From Mizuhopecten yessoensis (Eukaryota): a stretch of 64,000 nt of DNA. The stretch lies in the NCBI RefSeq assembly GCF_002113885.1, contig NW_018406324.1, forward strand, positions 626,681 through 690,680. The letters run 5' to 3'. The position numbers were made by a program, and so were the translations under genes. A model generated the notes under the pieces. It ran no database searches. It was not told the DNA's origin and saw only the letters and a program-made list of their open reading frames with translations. How positions within the stretch are numbered: the first letter of the stretch is position 1; each line of letters starts with the position of its first letter. This document shows positions 37,160-50,999 of this stretch, piece after piece.

Positions 37160-37510
37160 TACGACACAATTGCTCTAACCCATATCAGCCCTCGCCGTAT
37201 CACACCCCAAAACCCGTATCAGCCCCCGCCGTATCACACCCCAAAACCCGTATCAGCCCGCAAAACCCATATCACACCACTTTTGGATTTTTTTTTCGTT
37301 TTTCAATATTTCAAAAAGAAAATTAAATCATAAGATAGTAGTTTTTATTAGTAAATATGTAATAAACAGAATAAAACACGCCTTTTTCCATATCACACCA
37401 AGTATCAACCCTCGACCAATATCAGCCCTCGGGCCTTCGGCCCTTAGGCTGATATTGCAGTGTCGGGTTGATACTGGGTGTGATATGGAAGAAGGCATGT
37501 ATTATTCTCT
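37160..37510. mobile_element. Element with internal (gtatcagccc/gtatcacacc) repeats and a terminal ~140 bp hairpin centred on GGGCCTTCGGCCC (Crypton-like)
   Basis: gaataaaacacgcctttttccatatcacacc...aatatcagccctcgggccttcggcccttaggctgatatt...ggtgtgatatggaagaaggcatgtattattc (37369-37507). Confidence 0.65.
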
Positions 37511-37539
37511 ATATATCACCTTATAATATCACATACTCT

Positions 37540-37955
37540 ATATATCACATAATATACTGTGTTATCTAGTTAATATAACTATGTCAAATTGTTTGCGTAT
37601 TAACCCATGTAATATGACTTATCAGCCCTGTGATTGGTTGTAAGTTTCAATTCTTTCAATTGTGACGTCACGTCTAGGAAAAGTACATGACGTCACACAC
37701 TTACACACTGTGGTCAAAATGGTGGCTTTTTACAGCTAAATGTTGCATGAAAATTGTCGTTTTACACGAATAAATACCACAAATCTTGAGTATGTGATTA
37801 AAAGGATCTTACACTCGTTTTCATTTAATATGAAATTTATGAAACTCGTCACGAAATTTTCATTTTTGCTCACCAGAGGCTCTTTAAATTGAAAATCTCT
37901 TAGACTCGTTTCATATCATATATTTATGAAATGGAAACTTATGCAAGATCCTATA
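37540..37955 (+). mobile_element. Hairpin-ended non-autonomous element, copy A
   Basis: Internal gattgg, two TGACGTCA and aaaatggtgg, then a ~150 bp imperfect hairpin aggatcttac...[gctcaccagaggctc]...gcaagatcct. Inverse homolog at 49020-49420. Confidence 0.55.
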
Positions 37956-37981
37956 TACATTGACTGACTCATTACTTTGTA

Positions 37982-38167
37982 TTCCGTCTTTGCGTATTAC
38001 AGAGTTATCTTCTCTTGAGAACAGGTATTGATTGTCACGTCATTGGTATGTGTGAGAAAATAACGTCGTTTTCTCAAAAAATGATGACGTTACTCTCTCA
38101 AACAAATGACGTAACAATCATTACCTGTTCTCAAGAGAAGATAACTCTGCAATACGCAAAGACGGAA
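37982..38167. mobile_element. 186 bp palindromic MITE flanked by TA (Tc1/mariner-type TSD)
   Basis: ttccgtctttgcgtattacagagttatcttctcttgagaacaggta ... tacctgttctcaagagaagataactctgcaatacgcaaagacggaa. TA at 37980-37981 and 38168-38169. Confidence 0.9.
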
Positions 38168-38443
38168 TACGTCCTTATATGACCGTATTGCTGATAAGCC
38201 CTATACAACCATTACATTGTATTACTATATTTTCACATACATAAGTATATAACTTTTGTGTAAGGAACAAATGTATCAAACGAATACAAACAGAAATTGT
38301 AAGCAGGTGTAATTCGGAACATAAAACAATTGATGAAAACAATTCAATACTGGACAGACTATTTCTTACAGAGCATAAATAAATCACAACTTCTATTATA
38401 TCATGAAAGACTTTTGTTTAGTAAAATAGTTTCCGCTTAAACG

Positions 38444-38523
38444 AGTGAAAGGGCTTAATATAAGTTCTTAAACTCATGCCCAACCCCTATTGTATATAAA
38501 TTACAATAAATTATGTTTAAAAC
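38444..38523 (+). mobile_element. CR1-like 3' tail remnant
   Basis: gaaagggcttaatataagttcttaaactcatgcccaacccctattgt...caataaattatgtttaaaac resembles 8735-8808. Confidence 0.45.
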
Positions 38524-38986
38524 AAAGATTGAACGTAAATATTTTTCACCGAATTGTTACGACGTAACATTATCAAGACTTTTCCATCAATATCAGAGAA
38601 TTTACCATTTTTCCTTGTACATCTTGCCCCATGATAAATCCCGTATATGTTAAAGCGTATCACGACACATTTATTTACATCAAGTCTTAACCCGCATGCT
38701 CTTTAGTAGCAAGGCCTATCAAACACACCCAGCCATTTTAAACATTTTTTTATTGATTACCTATTGGAAAGTCTCCCATTTTATGCTCTTTCATACATCC
38801 AAGCTTAGATTAGTCTAAAATACCGGCAACAAAAATGTAAATGGGGTTAATGATTTGAAAGGGCCTGTTTCCAGTAATGTTAATTCTCGNGGAAATTTGA
38901 ATCAGAGAAGGGGCCGTTTTGGAAACCGGCCCTTAGTCATCACATTCAAAACAAAATTTATGAAAATAAAAACTGAGTGAAACGTC

Positions 38987-41900
38987 GGGTCACGACGTGA
39001 AAGTTACACGGTATACCGTCACATGTGTTAGGGTTACGACGTGAAAGTTACACGGTATAACGTCACATGTGTTAGGGTTACGACGTGAAAGTTACACGGT
39101 ATAACGTCACATGTGTTAGGGTTACGACGTGAAAGTTACACGGTATAACGTCACATGTGTTAGGGTTACGACGTGAAAGTTACACGGTATAACGTCACAT
39201 GTGTTAGGGTTACGACGTGAAAGTTACACGGTATAACGTCACATGTGTTAGGGTTACGACATGAAATTTACACGGTATAACGTCACATGTGTTAGGGTTA
39301 CGACGTGAAAGTTACACGGTATAACGTCACATGTGTTAGGGTTACGACGTGAAATTTACACGGTATAACGTCACATGTGTTAGGGTTACGACGTGAAAGT
39401 TACACGGTATAACGTCACATGTGTTAGGGTTACGACGTGAAAGTTACACGGTATAACGTCACATGTGTTAGGGTTACGACGTGAAAGTTACACGGTATAA
39501 CGTCACATGTGTTAGGGTTACGACGTGAAAGTTACACGGTATAACGTCACATGTGTTAGGGTTACGACGTGAAAGTTACACGGTATAACGTCACATGTGT
39601 TAGGGTTACGACGTGAAAGTTACACGGTATAACGTCACATGTGTTAGGGTTACGACGTGAAAGTTACACGGTATAACGTCACATGTGTTAGGGTTACGAC
39701 GTGAAAGTTACACGGTATAACGTCACATGTGTTAGGGTTACGACGTGAAAGTTACACGGTATAACGTCACATGTGTTAGGGTTACGACGTGAAAGTTACA
39801 CGGTATAACGTCACATGTGTTAGGGTTACGACGTGAAAGTTACACGGTATAACGTCACATGTGTTAGGGTTACGACGTGAAAGTTACACGGTATAACGTC
39901 ACATGTGTTAGGGTTACGACGTGAAAGTTACACGGTATAACGTCACATGTGTTAGGGTTACGACGTGAAAGTTACACGGTATAACGTCACATGTGTTAGG
40001 GTTACGACGTGAAAGTTACACGGTATAACGTCACATGTGTTAGGGTTACGACGTGAAAGTTACACGGTATAACGTCACATGTGTTAGGGTTACGACGTGA
40101 AAGTTACACGGTATAACGTCACATGTGTTAGGGTTACGACGTGAAAGTTACACGGTATAACGTCACATGTGTTAGGGTTACGACGTGAAAGTTACACGGT
40201 ATAACGTCACATGTGTTAGGGTTACGACGTGAAAGTTACACGGTATAACGTCACATGTGTTAGGGTTACGACGTGAAAGTTACACGGTATAACGTCACAT
40301 GTGTTAGGGTTACGACGTGAAAGTTACACGGTATAACGTCACATGTGTTAGGGTTACGACGTGAAAGTTACACGGTATAACGTCACATGTGTTAGGGTTA
40401 CGACGTGAAAGTTACACGGTATAACGTCACATGTGTTAGGGTTACGACGTGAAAGTTACACGGTATAACGTCACATGTGTTAGGGTTACGACGTGAAAGT
40501 TACACGGTATAACGTCACATGTGTTAGGGTTACGACGTGAAAGTTACACGGTATAACGTCACATGTGTTAGGGTTACGACGTGAAAGTTACACGGTATAA
40601 CGTCACATGTGTTAGGGTTACGACGTGAAAGTTACACGGTATAACGTCACATGTGTTAGGGTTACGACGTGAAAGTTACACGGTATAACGTCACATGTGT
40701 TAGGGTTACGACGTGAAAGTTACACGGTATAACGTCACATGTGTTAGGGTTACGACGTGAAAGTTACACGGTATAACGTCACATGTGTTAGGGTTACGAC
40801 GTGAAAGTTACACGGTATAACGTCACATGTGTTAGGGTTACGACGTGAAAGTTACACGGTATAACGTCACATGTGTTAGGGTTACGACGTGAAAGTTACA
40901 CGGTATAACGTCACATGTGTTAGGGTTACGACGTGAAAGTTACACGGTATAACGTCACATGTGTTAGGGTTACGACGTGAAAGTTACACGGTATAACGTC
41001 ACATGTGTTAGGGTTACGACGTGAAAGTTACACGGTATAACGTCACATGTGTTAGGGTTACGACGTGAAAGTTACACGGTATAACGTCACATGTGTTAGG
41101 GTTACGACGTGAAAGTTACACGGTATAACGTCACATGTGTTAGGGTTACGACGTGAAAGTTACACGGTATAACGTCACATGTGTTAGGGTTACGACGTGA
41201 AAGTTACACGGTATAACGTCACATGTGTTAGGGTTACGACGTGAAAGTTACACGGTATAACGTCACATGTGTTAGGGTTACGACGTGAAAGTTACACGGT
41301 ATAACGTCACATGTGTTAGGGTTACGACGTGAAAGTTACACGGTATAACGTCACATGTGTTAGGGTTACGACGTGAAAGTTACACGGTATAACGTCACAT
41401 GTGTTAGGGTTACGACGTGAAAGTTACACGGTATAACGTCACATGTGTTAGGGTTACGACGTGAAAGTTACACGGTATAACGTCACATGTGTTAGGGTTA
41501 CGACGTGAAAGTTACACGGTATAACGTCACATGTGTTAGGGTTACGACGTGAAAGTTACACGGTATAACGTCACATGTGTTAGGGTTACGACGTGAAAGT
41601 TACACGGTATAACGTCACATGTGTTAGGGTTACGACGTGAAAGTTACACGGTATAACGTCACATGTGTTAGGGTTACGACGTGAAAGTTACACGGTATAA
41701 CGTCACATGTGTTAGGGTTACGACGTGAAAGTTACACGGTATAACGTCACATGTGTTAGGGTTACGACGTGAAAGTTACACGGTATAACGTCACATGTGT
41801 TAGGGTTACGACGTGAAAGTTACACGGTATAACGTCACATGTGTTAGGGTTACGACGTGAAAGTTACACGGTATAACGTCACATGTGTTAGGGTTACGAC

Positions 41901-42587
41901 GTGAAAGTTACACGGTATAACGTCACATGTGTTAGGGTTACGACGTGAAAGTTACACGGTATAACGTCACATGTGTTAGGGTTACGACGTGAAAGTTACA
42001 CGGTATAACGTCACATGTGTTAGGGTTACGACGTGAAAGTTACACGGTATAACGTCACATGTGTTAGGGTTACGACGTGAAAGTTACACGGTATAACGTC
42101 ACATGTGTTAGGGTTACGACGTGAAAGTTACACGGTATAACGTCACATGTGTTAGGGTTACGACGTGAAAGTTACACGGTATAACGTCACATGTGTTAGG
42201 GTTACGACGTGAAAGTTACACGGTATAACGTCACATGTGTTAGGGTTACGACGTGAAAGTTACACGGTATAACGTCACATGTGTTAGGGTTACGACGTGA
42301 AAGTTACACGGTATAACGTCACATGTGTTAGGGTTACGACGTGAAAGTTACACGGTATAACGTCACATGTGTTAGGGTTACGACGTGAAAGTTACACGGT
42401 ATAACGTCACATGTGTTAGGGTTACGACGTGAAAGTTACACGGCATAACGTCACATGTGTTAGGGTTACGACATGAAATTTACACGGTATAACGTCACAT
42501 GTGTTAGGGTTACGACGTGAAAGCTACACGGTATAACGTCAAATGTGTTAGGGTTACGACGTGAAAGTTACACGGTATAACGTCAAA
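38987..42587. repeat. Highly homogeneous 44 bp satellite, ~82 copies (acgacgtgaaagttacacggtataacgtcacatgtgttagggtt)
   Basis: Period 44 (cgacgtgaaa at 39081, 39125...). Variants seen only near the two ends. Confidence 0.99.
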
Positions 42588-44409
42588 TTTATAATGTTTC
42601 GATGTGGAATTTACAAAACTGACGTCACGCATGCACATTTGGTTAAGATTTATAGGTGGCTGGTCGAGCGTCAGAAATGCTTCGAAAAGTCACAAGCCGT
42701 TTCGTTACGATGTACAAGTTTATGATATTAAAGGGTTTTCATGCCGGGTTAATTGTTAAAGCATTTATCTGTACAGTTGAACTTTTCAAGTTAATTTTCG
42801 ATCTGAAAAAGGATTTTCTTCTGAAACATACCTTCCTCAATAAGGAAACTTTTATATAATACATGGAACAATGAGAGGTAGCTAAGTTTCTACCATGCGA
42901 TATTTTTTAAGGGCTGCATGAAGATAATTATGTCTGACTCAAGTTGTGTAACATTTCTGTAAATACACACGAGATGTTCAGACTTTTATGAACAATGACA
43001 GATGTCTTACAACTATATAATACATATCTGATGCATGACTTTTTATGTTGTACGTAGGAATTAAAGCATTAGACTTGTTCGGATGTCTGCCGAATTTCTG
43101 CCAATATAGTGATGTAAAATCTGGAATCCTAGGCTCGCGTGCACCACGACTCCCCTGATTTAGGATCAATATGTATCATACACGTGGTACAGAAAATTGC
43201 AGAGTTGCCTCTCTGTTTCAGATGCGTGTATCTGCGGGGACGCCCCTTCTCACGCACGGAGGATCACGCGCAGCAGAACCGTCACAATGACAAAGCCAAT
43301 GAACTCCAAACAATTTCAATTTCAATCCCAAACTTCCTATCATGCAAAAGGAAATGTTTCTTTCGGTTTAATTATGTTTGGTTTTTTCGTTCAAATATTT
43401 CTGATTTTGTCTATTGATGTTTCTCTATATGGTTTTCTTCTGGTAGTTTTCCATGGGTTCCTAGGTTTCGATAATTTCCGCCTTTATGCTATTTGCAATA
43501 TGCGTCCTAGATTCGCAGATCTGTTTTCGTGCACAACATGCAATAACCGGAAACGGAAGTTTAGTCATTGGCGCGTGCGTTTTTTGTTTCTGACTTTACG
43601 TTGCCTCGGCACATTTTTAGGTCATATAACAACAAATGCTAAGAGAGGCATCATGGGGTCAGGTTTTACGAGAGCGGCATCAACACGACAGGTGTCGGGT
43701 TGGACAGTATGATGATAAATGCCCTAAAAGGCCATGTAACGACATGCTCCATGCTACACAATATAACGTCGAAACATTAGTTTCCGAGCAGAAAAGTGTG
43801 TAACATGTATCCTAGGATATTCTTCACTTCTTTGGGTCTTATTTTCTTTTCAAATGTCAACGTTTCTTCCCTTTACCAACGCAAATTTAATAACCCTCAT
43901 TTTAATTCATATAAGTTTCACCCACCGAACTTGATGAAAGAAAGTTTTTTCTGTGCGTTCTTTTTAGAATCTTGGTCACTCCGTCACGGATTCGTAATAA
44001 TCAATTACGCACGACGTTTCAGGGTCGTTTGCGTCATTAGCAATATTGCCATCCATCTATATATGCAAAGAATGTTTAGCAAATGACGTTACGGTCCTAT
44101 AAGACGAATTGTTTAATGTTGACGAAGTTAAGCAAAAGTAACGATAATTCTTATGAACGAATAAATATGTTTAAGTTAGTTGCTTCACTCTCGTGACGTC
44201 AGTTCGTGGAGTTCTTAAATCAGCAAAATCATGATCATTTTCGTCACTTACAGATGACGTCACTAAAGTGACAAGCTGTCCAAATGATGTTTTAGTCTCA
44301 CAAAACTTATTACATTTTGTATGCACTGCAGTTGCTATTTCGGATGCACATGCATTTATTAAATGCAAATATGGGTTGTAAATTATTTCAATAGACCAAT
44401 CAATAATTC

Positions 44410-44865
44410 TCAGTACCCGTTGCCCTTTTCATTACCAAATGTTATTTTCAGTATCCCTTCATGTTTTAGTACGTCTTACTTTTTTCAGTATCCCTTATCA
44501 TTTTTAGTAACCCTTGCTTTTTCATAACCCAATGTTATTTTCAGTACACCTTCGTTTTTCTAGTTTCCCATGTTATTTTTAGTACCCCATGGTATTTTCA
44601 GTATCCCGTGTTATTTTCAGTACCCCTTAGTATTTTCAGTATTCTGTCCCCTTAGTATTTTCAGTATTCTGTCCCCTTAGTATTTTCAGTATTCTGTTTT
44701 ATTTTCAGTACCTTTCACTGTTTTTTGTTCCCCTTACTTTTTCAGTATACCGTACATTTTCAGTATCCCGTGTTATTTTCAGTATCCCGTGTTATTTTCA
44801 GTTTTCCGTGTTATTTTCAGCATTCCGTGTTATCTCAGTACATCCCGTGTTATTTCAGTATCCTT
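44410..44865. repeat. Degenerate ~19-21 bp repeat (gttattttcagtatcccgt)
   Basis: Recurrent ttttcagta motif. Confidence 0.8.
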
Positions 44866-46209
44866 TGCCTTGGTGCTCTGGTCTGAACTGTCACTTCCCG
44901 CTCGACAGATCTCCATTAGTCGTCCGATTACAGGTTTCGCCACAAATAACCGGCTTATTGGAACAGCCTATTGCAGCCGACGAATAATTTCTTAATGTAG
45001 CATTTAAATAGGAGAGTTACGTTTATAATCGATTTTCAGGATATTATGATTTTTTTCTGAAGATTATTATCTTTTAAAGTAATGATTACATTTCTAATTA
45101 AACCAGTGATTTCTCGCCGACACGACTCAGTAAACAATGAAAAATAGCGACACAGGTCGAAAATGATAGTACACTATAAATTGATTTCATACACAGGCGA
45201 ATTATAGGATTCACATCAACTTTGATCATATTTCGGGGATATATTGGGTTCCAAAGACAGTGAGAATGAGATTTTAGAAAAGTTCCCCAGCTTCCTCTGG
45301 CAAATATATGACCACAACAGCAAAATTCAATAAAATAAAACTTCGAAAATTTCCGTCATAATTTTCATTTGATGTCATACCATGATTGATTCCCGATTAC
45401 TTTAACATTATGACGGGAAAACACGACCACTTCCGATCGGAAACATTAACGTACAATCGTTTTGATGGTAGGTTTATCTAAAGTCTGTACAGAAGAAATA
45501 TTAATATCCCAGCGGTAGGTTGTAAGCTGTTTACAATCCACTATGGTACATGTGCATTGTATGTCTCTGCGTGTATACACAACGAGTCACATTTAATTAA
45601 GGTTAATAGGTTCAGCTTGTATCAGCTTTAAGTGATTAGTTCAACTGATCTTTAAGAAAACTTTGAAATTACGTTTTTGTACATTCATATTTCATCTTAA
45701 TAATTATGAAAATACCAATTTAATCTATGACGTACTATCCAATTCGGATATTATAGCCTACACGTATGTAACATACTCCCGGCTTTACCGATTCTTCCCC
45801 CCTTAGTATTACGCAACACGAACAAGCGACTTATAAATCACAGATATCAAAACGAGGCTCCCAGACCAGAACAAGGTGATTTCGCAATAACATTCTAGGC
45901 TTTAGAAGCCAAGTAACTTCCCGCCGTTTTAGGTCCTCTGTCGTCGGACCAAACACTATGAAACGACAATCAACATCGACTAATTGGGTTTTGAAATGAC
46001 TTATGGTTTTATCTGTTGCCGTATACAAATGTAATTTACATCTGAGGCCATCAACCTGGACTGGTTTGAGTCGGAATTTAATGTCTATCATGTGAAAGTA
46101 GGAAACTTAACGTCGTGTATCGCCCGATCACGATCCGTCAATACACTAGCGATGACACCCGTCCGTGATTATAAAAATCAAAGATTTACTATTTTCAGCT
46201 CCGGAAATT

Positions 46210-46365
46210 CTATTATTATCAAAACGAGGCATCAATTAATCAGGTCGAGGCATCTTCTTATTATCAAAACAATCGAGGCACCAATCAGTTCGAGGCATCT
46301 CCTATTATCAAAACGAGCCATCAATCAGTTCGAGGCATCTTCCTATTATCAAAACGAGGCATCTA
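46210..46365. repeat. Short tandem repeat (tattatcaaaacgaggcatcaatcagttcgaggcatc) ~4 copies
   Basis: Direct inspection. Confidence 0.7.
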
Positions 46366-48252
46366 AACACCACTGTTTGTGTGAAGTTGCCTAAGCAGTA
46401 TCGACCATGAACGATGAAGGATGACCGGATAAGGGCTATATGTAGGACAGTAATAATTGTAGAACCCAGATTTACTCGTCTTTGTTACATTATTCATATC
46501 TTCCATCTGTTCATACACACTGAAAATTGTAATATAAACGGTGTTCTGTATTTACCATAAAACCTCTGGACTGGATTACTGCGAATGTGAACAATACTGT
46601 GCCATCTTCTGGGAGCAGAAATAATAAACGTTGCTTTAAATACCTCAAAACAGATCAATCATTGGGTTACTTCAATGTGTAGTCTTTGCCAGCGACTGTT
46701 GCTCCCGACGTGAAATTAGCCGTAACCTACATATACATAAATCAGGTCATGGATTTCTGTATAGCTAGATTTTTTGTGTGTAAAATAATCTCATGCAAAG
46801 CATATTTTGGATTGAACATAATTGGTTCGTTATAGTAAATTATACCAGCCCATAAGTTACATGGTCTTAAACTCCGGACGATTTTTGTTGAAAACAAAAT
46901 ACAAAACAAACATAGAGATCGAACTTGGAACCTACATCTTGCCAATTATACACTTCAAATTATTATACACACAGAAAATCAAATGATAAGTGCACGGCAA
47001 CAGAATGAGAGAGGAATATTGTGTCAAGGGAAGTAACTTTAAGCACTTCTAAAAAGAAGGGAGATTACTCCAAATTTTAAGTTTGGGCGAGGAACTCTTC
47101 TTCGCGATAAAAACTGATGCAGTGGTACCCAGTTCCATAGCATAACATATTTTTTCTGTCTTATTATACTTCTTTTAACCAGATATTTGTCTTTAATTTT
47201 GAAATTGTGCAGTATAAGATTGACAGCGGATCAGTCCTGAGTTTTACTGTGAGATTATTTTTTGTTTCAATAAAGTCAAATTTCGATCAACTGGTATGGA
47301 ATATTTCTGTAAAACGATCTAAAAAGATTTGTTTGATATAGAATATATCTGTAGAGAAAAAAACTTTAACAATAATTTCAGTGCTAACGGTTATGAAATA
47401 CAAATGCATTATAATTTGAACTTAATGGCACGTTTTACGTTGATATGAAAAAAAAAAAATCATTACAGTATTTACAAATTAATTTAACTAATGCGGATTT
47501 TCACCAAAATTTCCCTAATACAGACATTTCATTACACAATCGCTAAAGGATTGAAGTTTTTTTTTTTTAAATTTCATACTTGGATGCGGGCATAGTGAAT
47601 ATGTATGTAATCGATTTGCGTTTACGCCGGCATGAACGTTAAAAAAAGTACCGGTTAATGCTTATTTTTACATTCTGCATTTTTAGTTATTATTGACCTA
47701 AAAACAGATATTATACATTTGTTGACTGGGTTTGAGGACAACATGTGATATGTTGAACCAGGGGACCAAACTGTTGCCTGAGACCGAATACTCACTATTT
47801 CGAATATGTCTAAAACATAACCTCAATATTTCGAATATTCTAAAACGGATTCTCAATATTTCAAATATTCTCATTATTGCGTTTTTTAAACTTCAATTTT
47901 TTTTAAATAATCCTAACTTGGATAATTTTGCTTTCATATAGTTGTTAATCAAAACTGATTTACTTTTTTAAACAACTTCTTTTCTTTTATATGCTTATTC
48001 CGAAATGAAACCGTCCTTCCAGCTGTACACTGTACTTTGGAACCTTATGTTGAAAGGTTAACGAAATTCGACTTTGTGTACATTGTTATTGACGTCATAC
48101 CGAGATTCAGACCGCATTATCGATCTGTCTGGTGTCGATTTTAGGGGAAAGGTTGTTGACCTGCTGTAGCGCGTCGCATGATTGTGAGAGACAATTAAAA
48201 AATAATAGGTCGACACCTATATAAAGACGTAGGCCTGTTATATCCGACAACA

Positions 48253-48545
48253 AACAGGTAAATACATATATTACCTACACTTCTCGTGTACCGGATAAAA
48301 GACAGGTAAATACCTATATTACCTACACTTCGTGTTTACTGGAAAAAGAAAAGTACATACCTGCATTACATAAACTTCTCGTGTACCGGAAAAAGACAGG
48401 TAAATACCTATATTGCCTACACTTCTTACTTACTGGAAGAAGACGGGTAAATACGTTTGATTGCAAAGACCTGGTGTTATAAAAAAACCTAACAGGTAAA
48501 TACCTATATGACGTACAATTTTTGTTTACCAGAAAAACCAGGTAT
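48253..48545. repeat. ~47 bp minisatellite (acaggtaaatacctatattacctacacttctcgtgtaccggaaaaag) ~6 copies
   Basis: acaggtaaata at ~48254, 48302, 48396 and 48493. Confidence 0.75.
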
Positions 48546-49019
48546 ATACTCATATTACATACAACTGTCGTACATTGTATACATCACGTGACATAACAGA
48601 CAGTTGTTTACGAGACCAAACAGTCCTCACTATGACGTCAATAACTATTTTTCACTGTTGTTTCACAATACCACATGATCAAAACACTTATGTTTCACGT
48701 CTCAGCTTCGATTACTTCTTGTCCTTAGACTACAGAAAACAGGACGATATCGAGCCGTCCGCAGTGATCCGGTCCCTGCTCCGGCCAGTCATTAGTATCA
48801 ACGTCAGTCGTCATCATGGCTTCATTACGTCGATCTCCACTAAGTATCGACAAAACACCAGTATATGGGGCAGAAAGGGAATCGCAGTTTATTAAGGAGA
48901 ACCAATCAATAGCGCTGTTCAGATGCAAAACCTAATGACGTCATTATTTCAATGATAAATATCATCTCAAAAATTAAGGTCATGCGGGTTGTCCTAAATC
49001 AGACATTCCTACCTGCACT

Positions 49020-49420
49020 TTAGTTTTCATTTCATATGTGATTTTATGAAACGACTCTTGGGAGTTTTTATTTTTGCGAGCCTTGGCTTGGAAGTGAAAA
49101 CTTCGAGATGAGTTTCAGAAAAGCTCATATCGTTGATATGCAAATTTAAGATACTTTTTATCACATAACTCAGAAAACTTACATTTTGACAGGTTTTAAA
49201 GCCAAAATTTAGAGGGCTGAATCAAACTGAGACAGCCATTTTGTTGCGCCATTCACAATTTATGACGTCATGTCATTGTCCATATTATGACGTCACAATC
49301 GATTTGTGACTGGCACAGCCAATGAAAAACGCTCCAGGGTATATTACACAAGTGACATATGTAAAAATATTACACGGGCGATTTCACTGGATAACAGGCC
49401 GATCATATATGATAAAACAT
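49020..49420 (-). mobile_element. Hairpin-ended non-autonomous element, copy B (inverse homolog of 37540-37955)
   Basis: taagatactttttatcacataactcag is the near reverse complement of ttgagtatgtgattaaaaggatctta. Followed by gccatttt, two TGACGTCA and gccaat in mirrored order. Hairpin apex gcgagccttggc. Confidence 0.55.
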
Positions 49421-49627
49421 CATTTGGTCAGATAAATAAAACTCTTATGAGAAGTACATGTTACTATTATATACAATGTCGTATTAATGATTACCTTGGA
49501 CTAAGTAAAGAACGCGCAAATACTTCTACTGCTGAAAATAACGATATTACTCGTAGAGAAAGTTTCATGTAAAGATTGTATCAATCTATCTAGGTAAAAC
49601 ATCTCATGCGCTTTGTTGTAAAAAATC

Positions 49628-49827
49628 CCACTACTGCGTCATCAATGTATGCACCACTACCGCGTCATCAATTTAAGCACCACTACCGCGTCATCAATTT
49701 AAGCACCACTACCGCGTCATCAATGTATGCACCACTACCGTGTCATCAATTTATGCACCACTACCGCGTCATCAATTTATGCACCACTACCGCGTCATCA
49801 ATGTATGCACCACTACAGTGTCATCAA
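49628..49827. repeat. 26 bp minisatellite (gcaccactaccgcgtcatcaatttat) ~8 copies
   Basis: gcacc at 49651, 49677 and onward. Confidence 0.9.
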
Positions 49828-49949
49828 TAAAATGATGCATAACCAGAGTCGCATTATCAATTCTGTCACATATTTCATGCATCATTGATGATGGCGCGGT
49901 GCACTAGGTTCACCATTACAACTTAGTTTTACGGTAGGAAAGTGTGAGA

Positions 49950-50112
49950 GAAATAATCAATCACTCCTGTGCTATATTTACAGGGAAATGTCAACCCTTG
50001 GGATAGGCTTTTTGAAGTTTAAGACTCGACAAAGCCTCGTTCTAAACTAAAATAATTTCCCTCTTGGGACGAGATTTCCCTGTCTGCATTACACAAGAGT
50101 GATAGATTTTAT
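49950..50112. mobile_element. ~160 bp imperfect hairpin (element terminus) with apex actcgacaaagcctcgt
   Basis: aataatcaatcactcctgtg...acagggaaat ... atttccctgt...cacaagagtgatagattttatt. Confidence 0.6.
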
Positions 50113-50807
50113 TAGTCTTAAAACATTTTTTTTGTGTATTATCTTATCTTTTGACGCATCCCATAAAAAGGATTCTCTTGGATGAATGGAATGAAAAAGG
50201 GGCAAGGTCGTATTTGGTTCAAGGCTATGATGGGTAGGGTCCGAAATCATTTCCGTTTCAAGGTTTTGATGATAAGGGGTAAGGAAGTGTTCGCGCGGGC
50301 CTGGCGTCAACCTCGTAAATATGGAAAAGTGGCACAATGGTTGTGGACATTTTTGGAGAAAAAAAATGGATATTGAAAGAAAAACTATTCGCTTTTCCAT
50401 AGATACTAAACAACTTTTATACACCCGTCATGAATGTGAACTTTTTTACGAGAAAGTTAGGTGGGGTCATTTTTTGACATCGATAGCTTCCAACCCTCTA
50501 GTATAATGTATCATTATTTTTATCGAGCGTTGATCGATTAAAGCAACACACAAAAGTGAATGCACATTAACACATTTGATAAAAGATATAATATTCAAAA
50601 CCAAAATCATTACACTGCATCGTACAGCTGTTTCCGTCCTTCTAGGACTCATTGGAGACTCTAGTAGGGGCCAACAATCGGTAAATCCAAATAAGTCATA
50701 ACTAATGGTGAATTACAGGGGAGGTGCGTTAAAACCCCAAAAAAATATGAATTTCAAAACTAAGAGAAGTATTGGTTATAGGAAATTGAGTAATGAGTAA
50801 AATGTGT

Positions 50808-50947
50808 TTCTCCCACAACCACTGTAGGTTTCCTCACTCCCACAACCACTGTAGGTTTCCTCACTCCCACAACCACTGTAGGTTTCCTCACTCCCACAAC
50901 CACTGTAGGTTTCCTCACTCCCACAACCACTGCAGATTTCCTCACTC
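50808..50947. repeat. 27 bp minisatellite (ctcccacaaccactgtaggtttcctca) x5
   Basis: Direct inspection. Explains ORFs 50760 and 50793. Confidence 0.95.
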
Positions 50948-50999
50948 GATTCATTGGATAAACCTGCTAGAAGTTGGTAAACATTTTTAGTTACCCACT

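Noticed and set aside
38987-42587. CRISPR-like regular array
   Set aside because: Units are identical head-to-tail with no unique spacers, no cas genes and a eukaryotic context.
43139-43712. 171 aa and 92 aa ORFs near ETS-like CCGGAAACGGAAGT motifs
   Set aside because: Non-ATG starts, no recognisable domain and no consistent splice pair. May be promoter or UTR sequence but this is unsupported.
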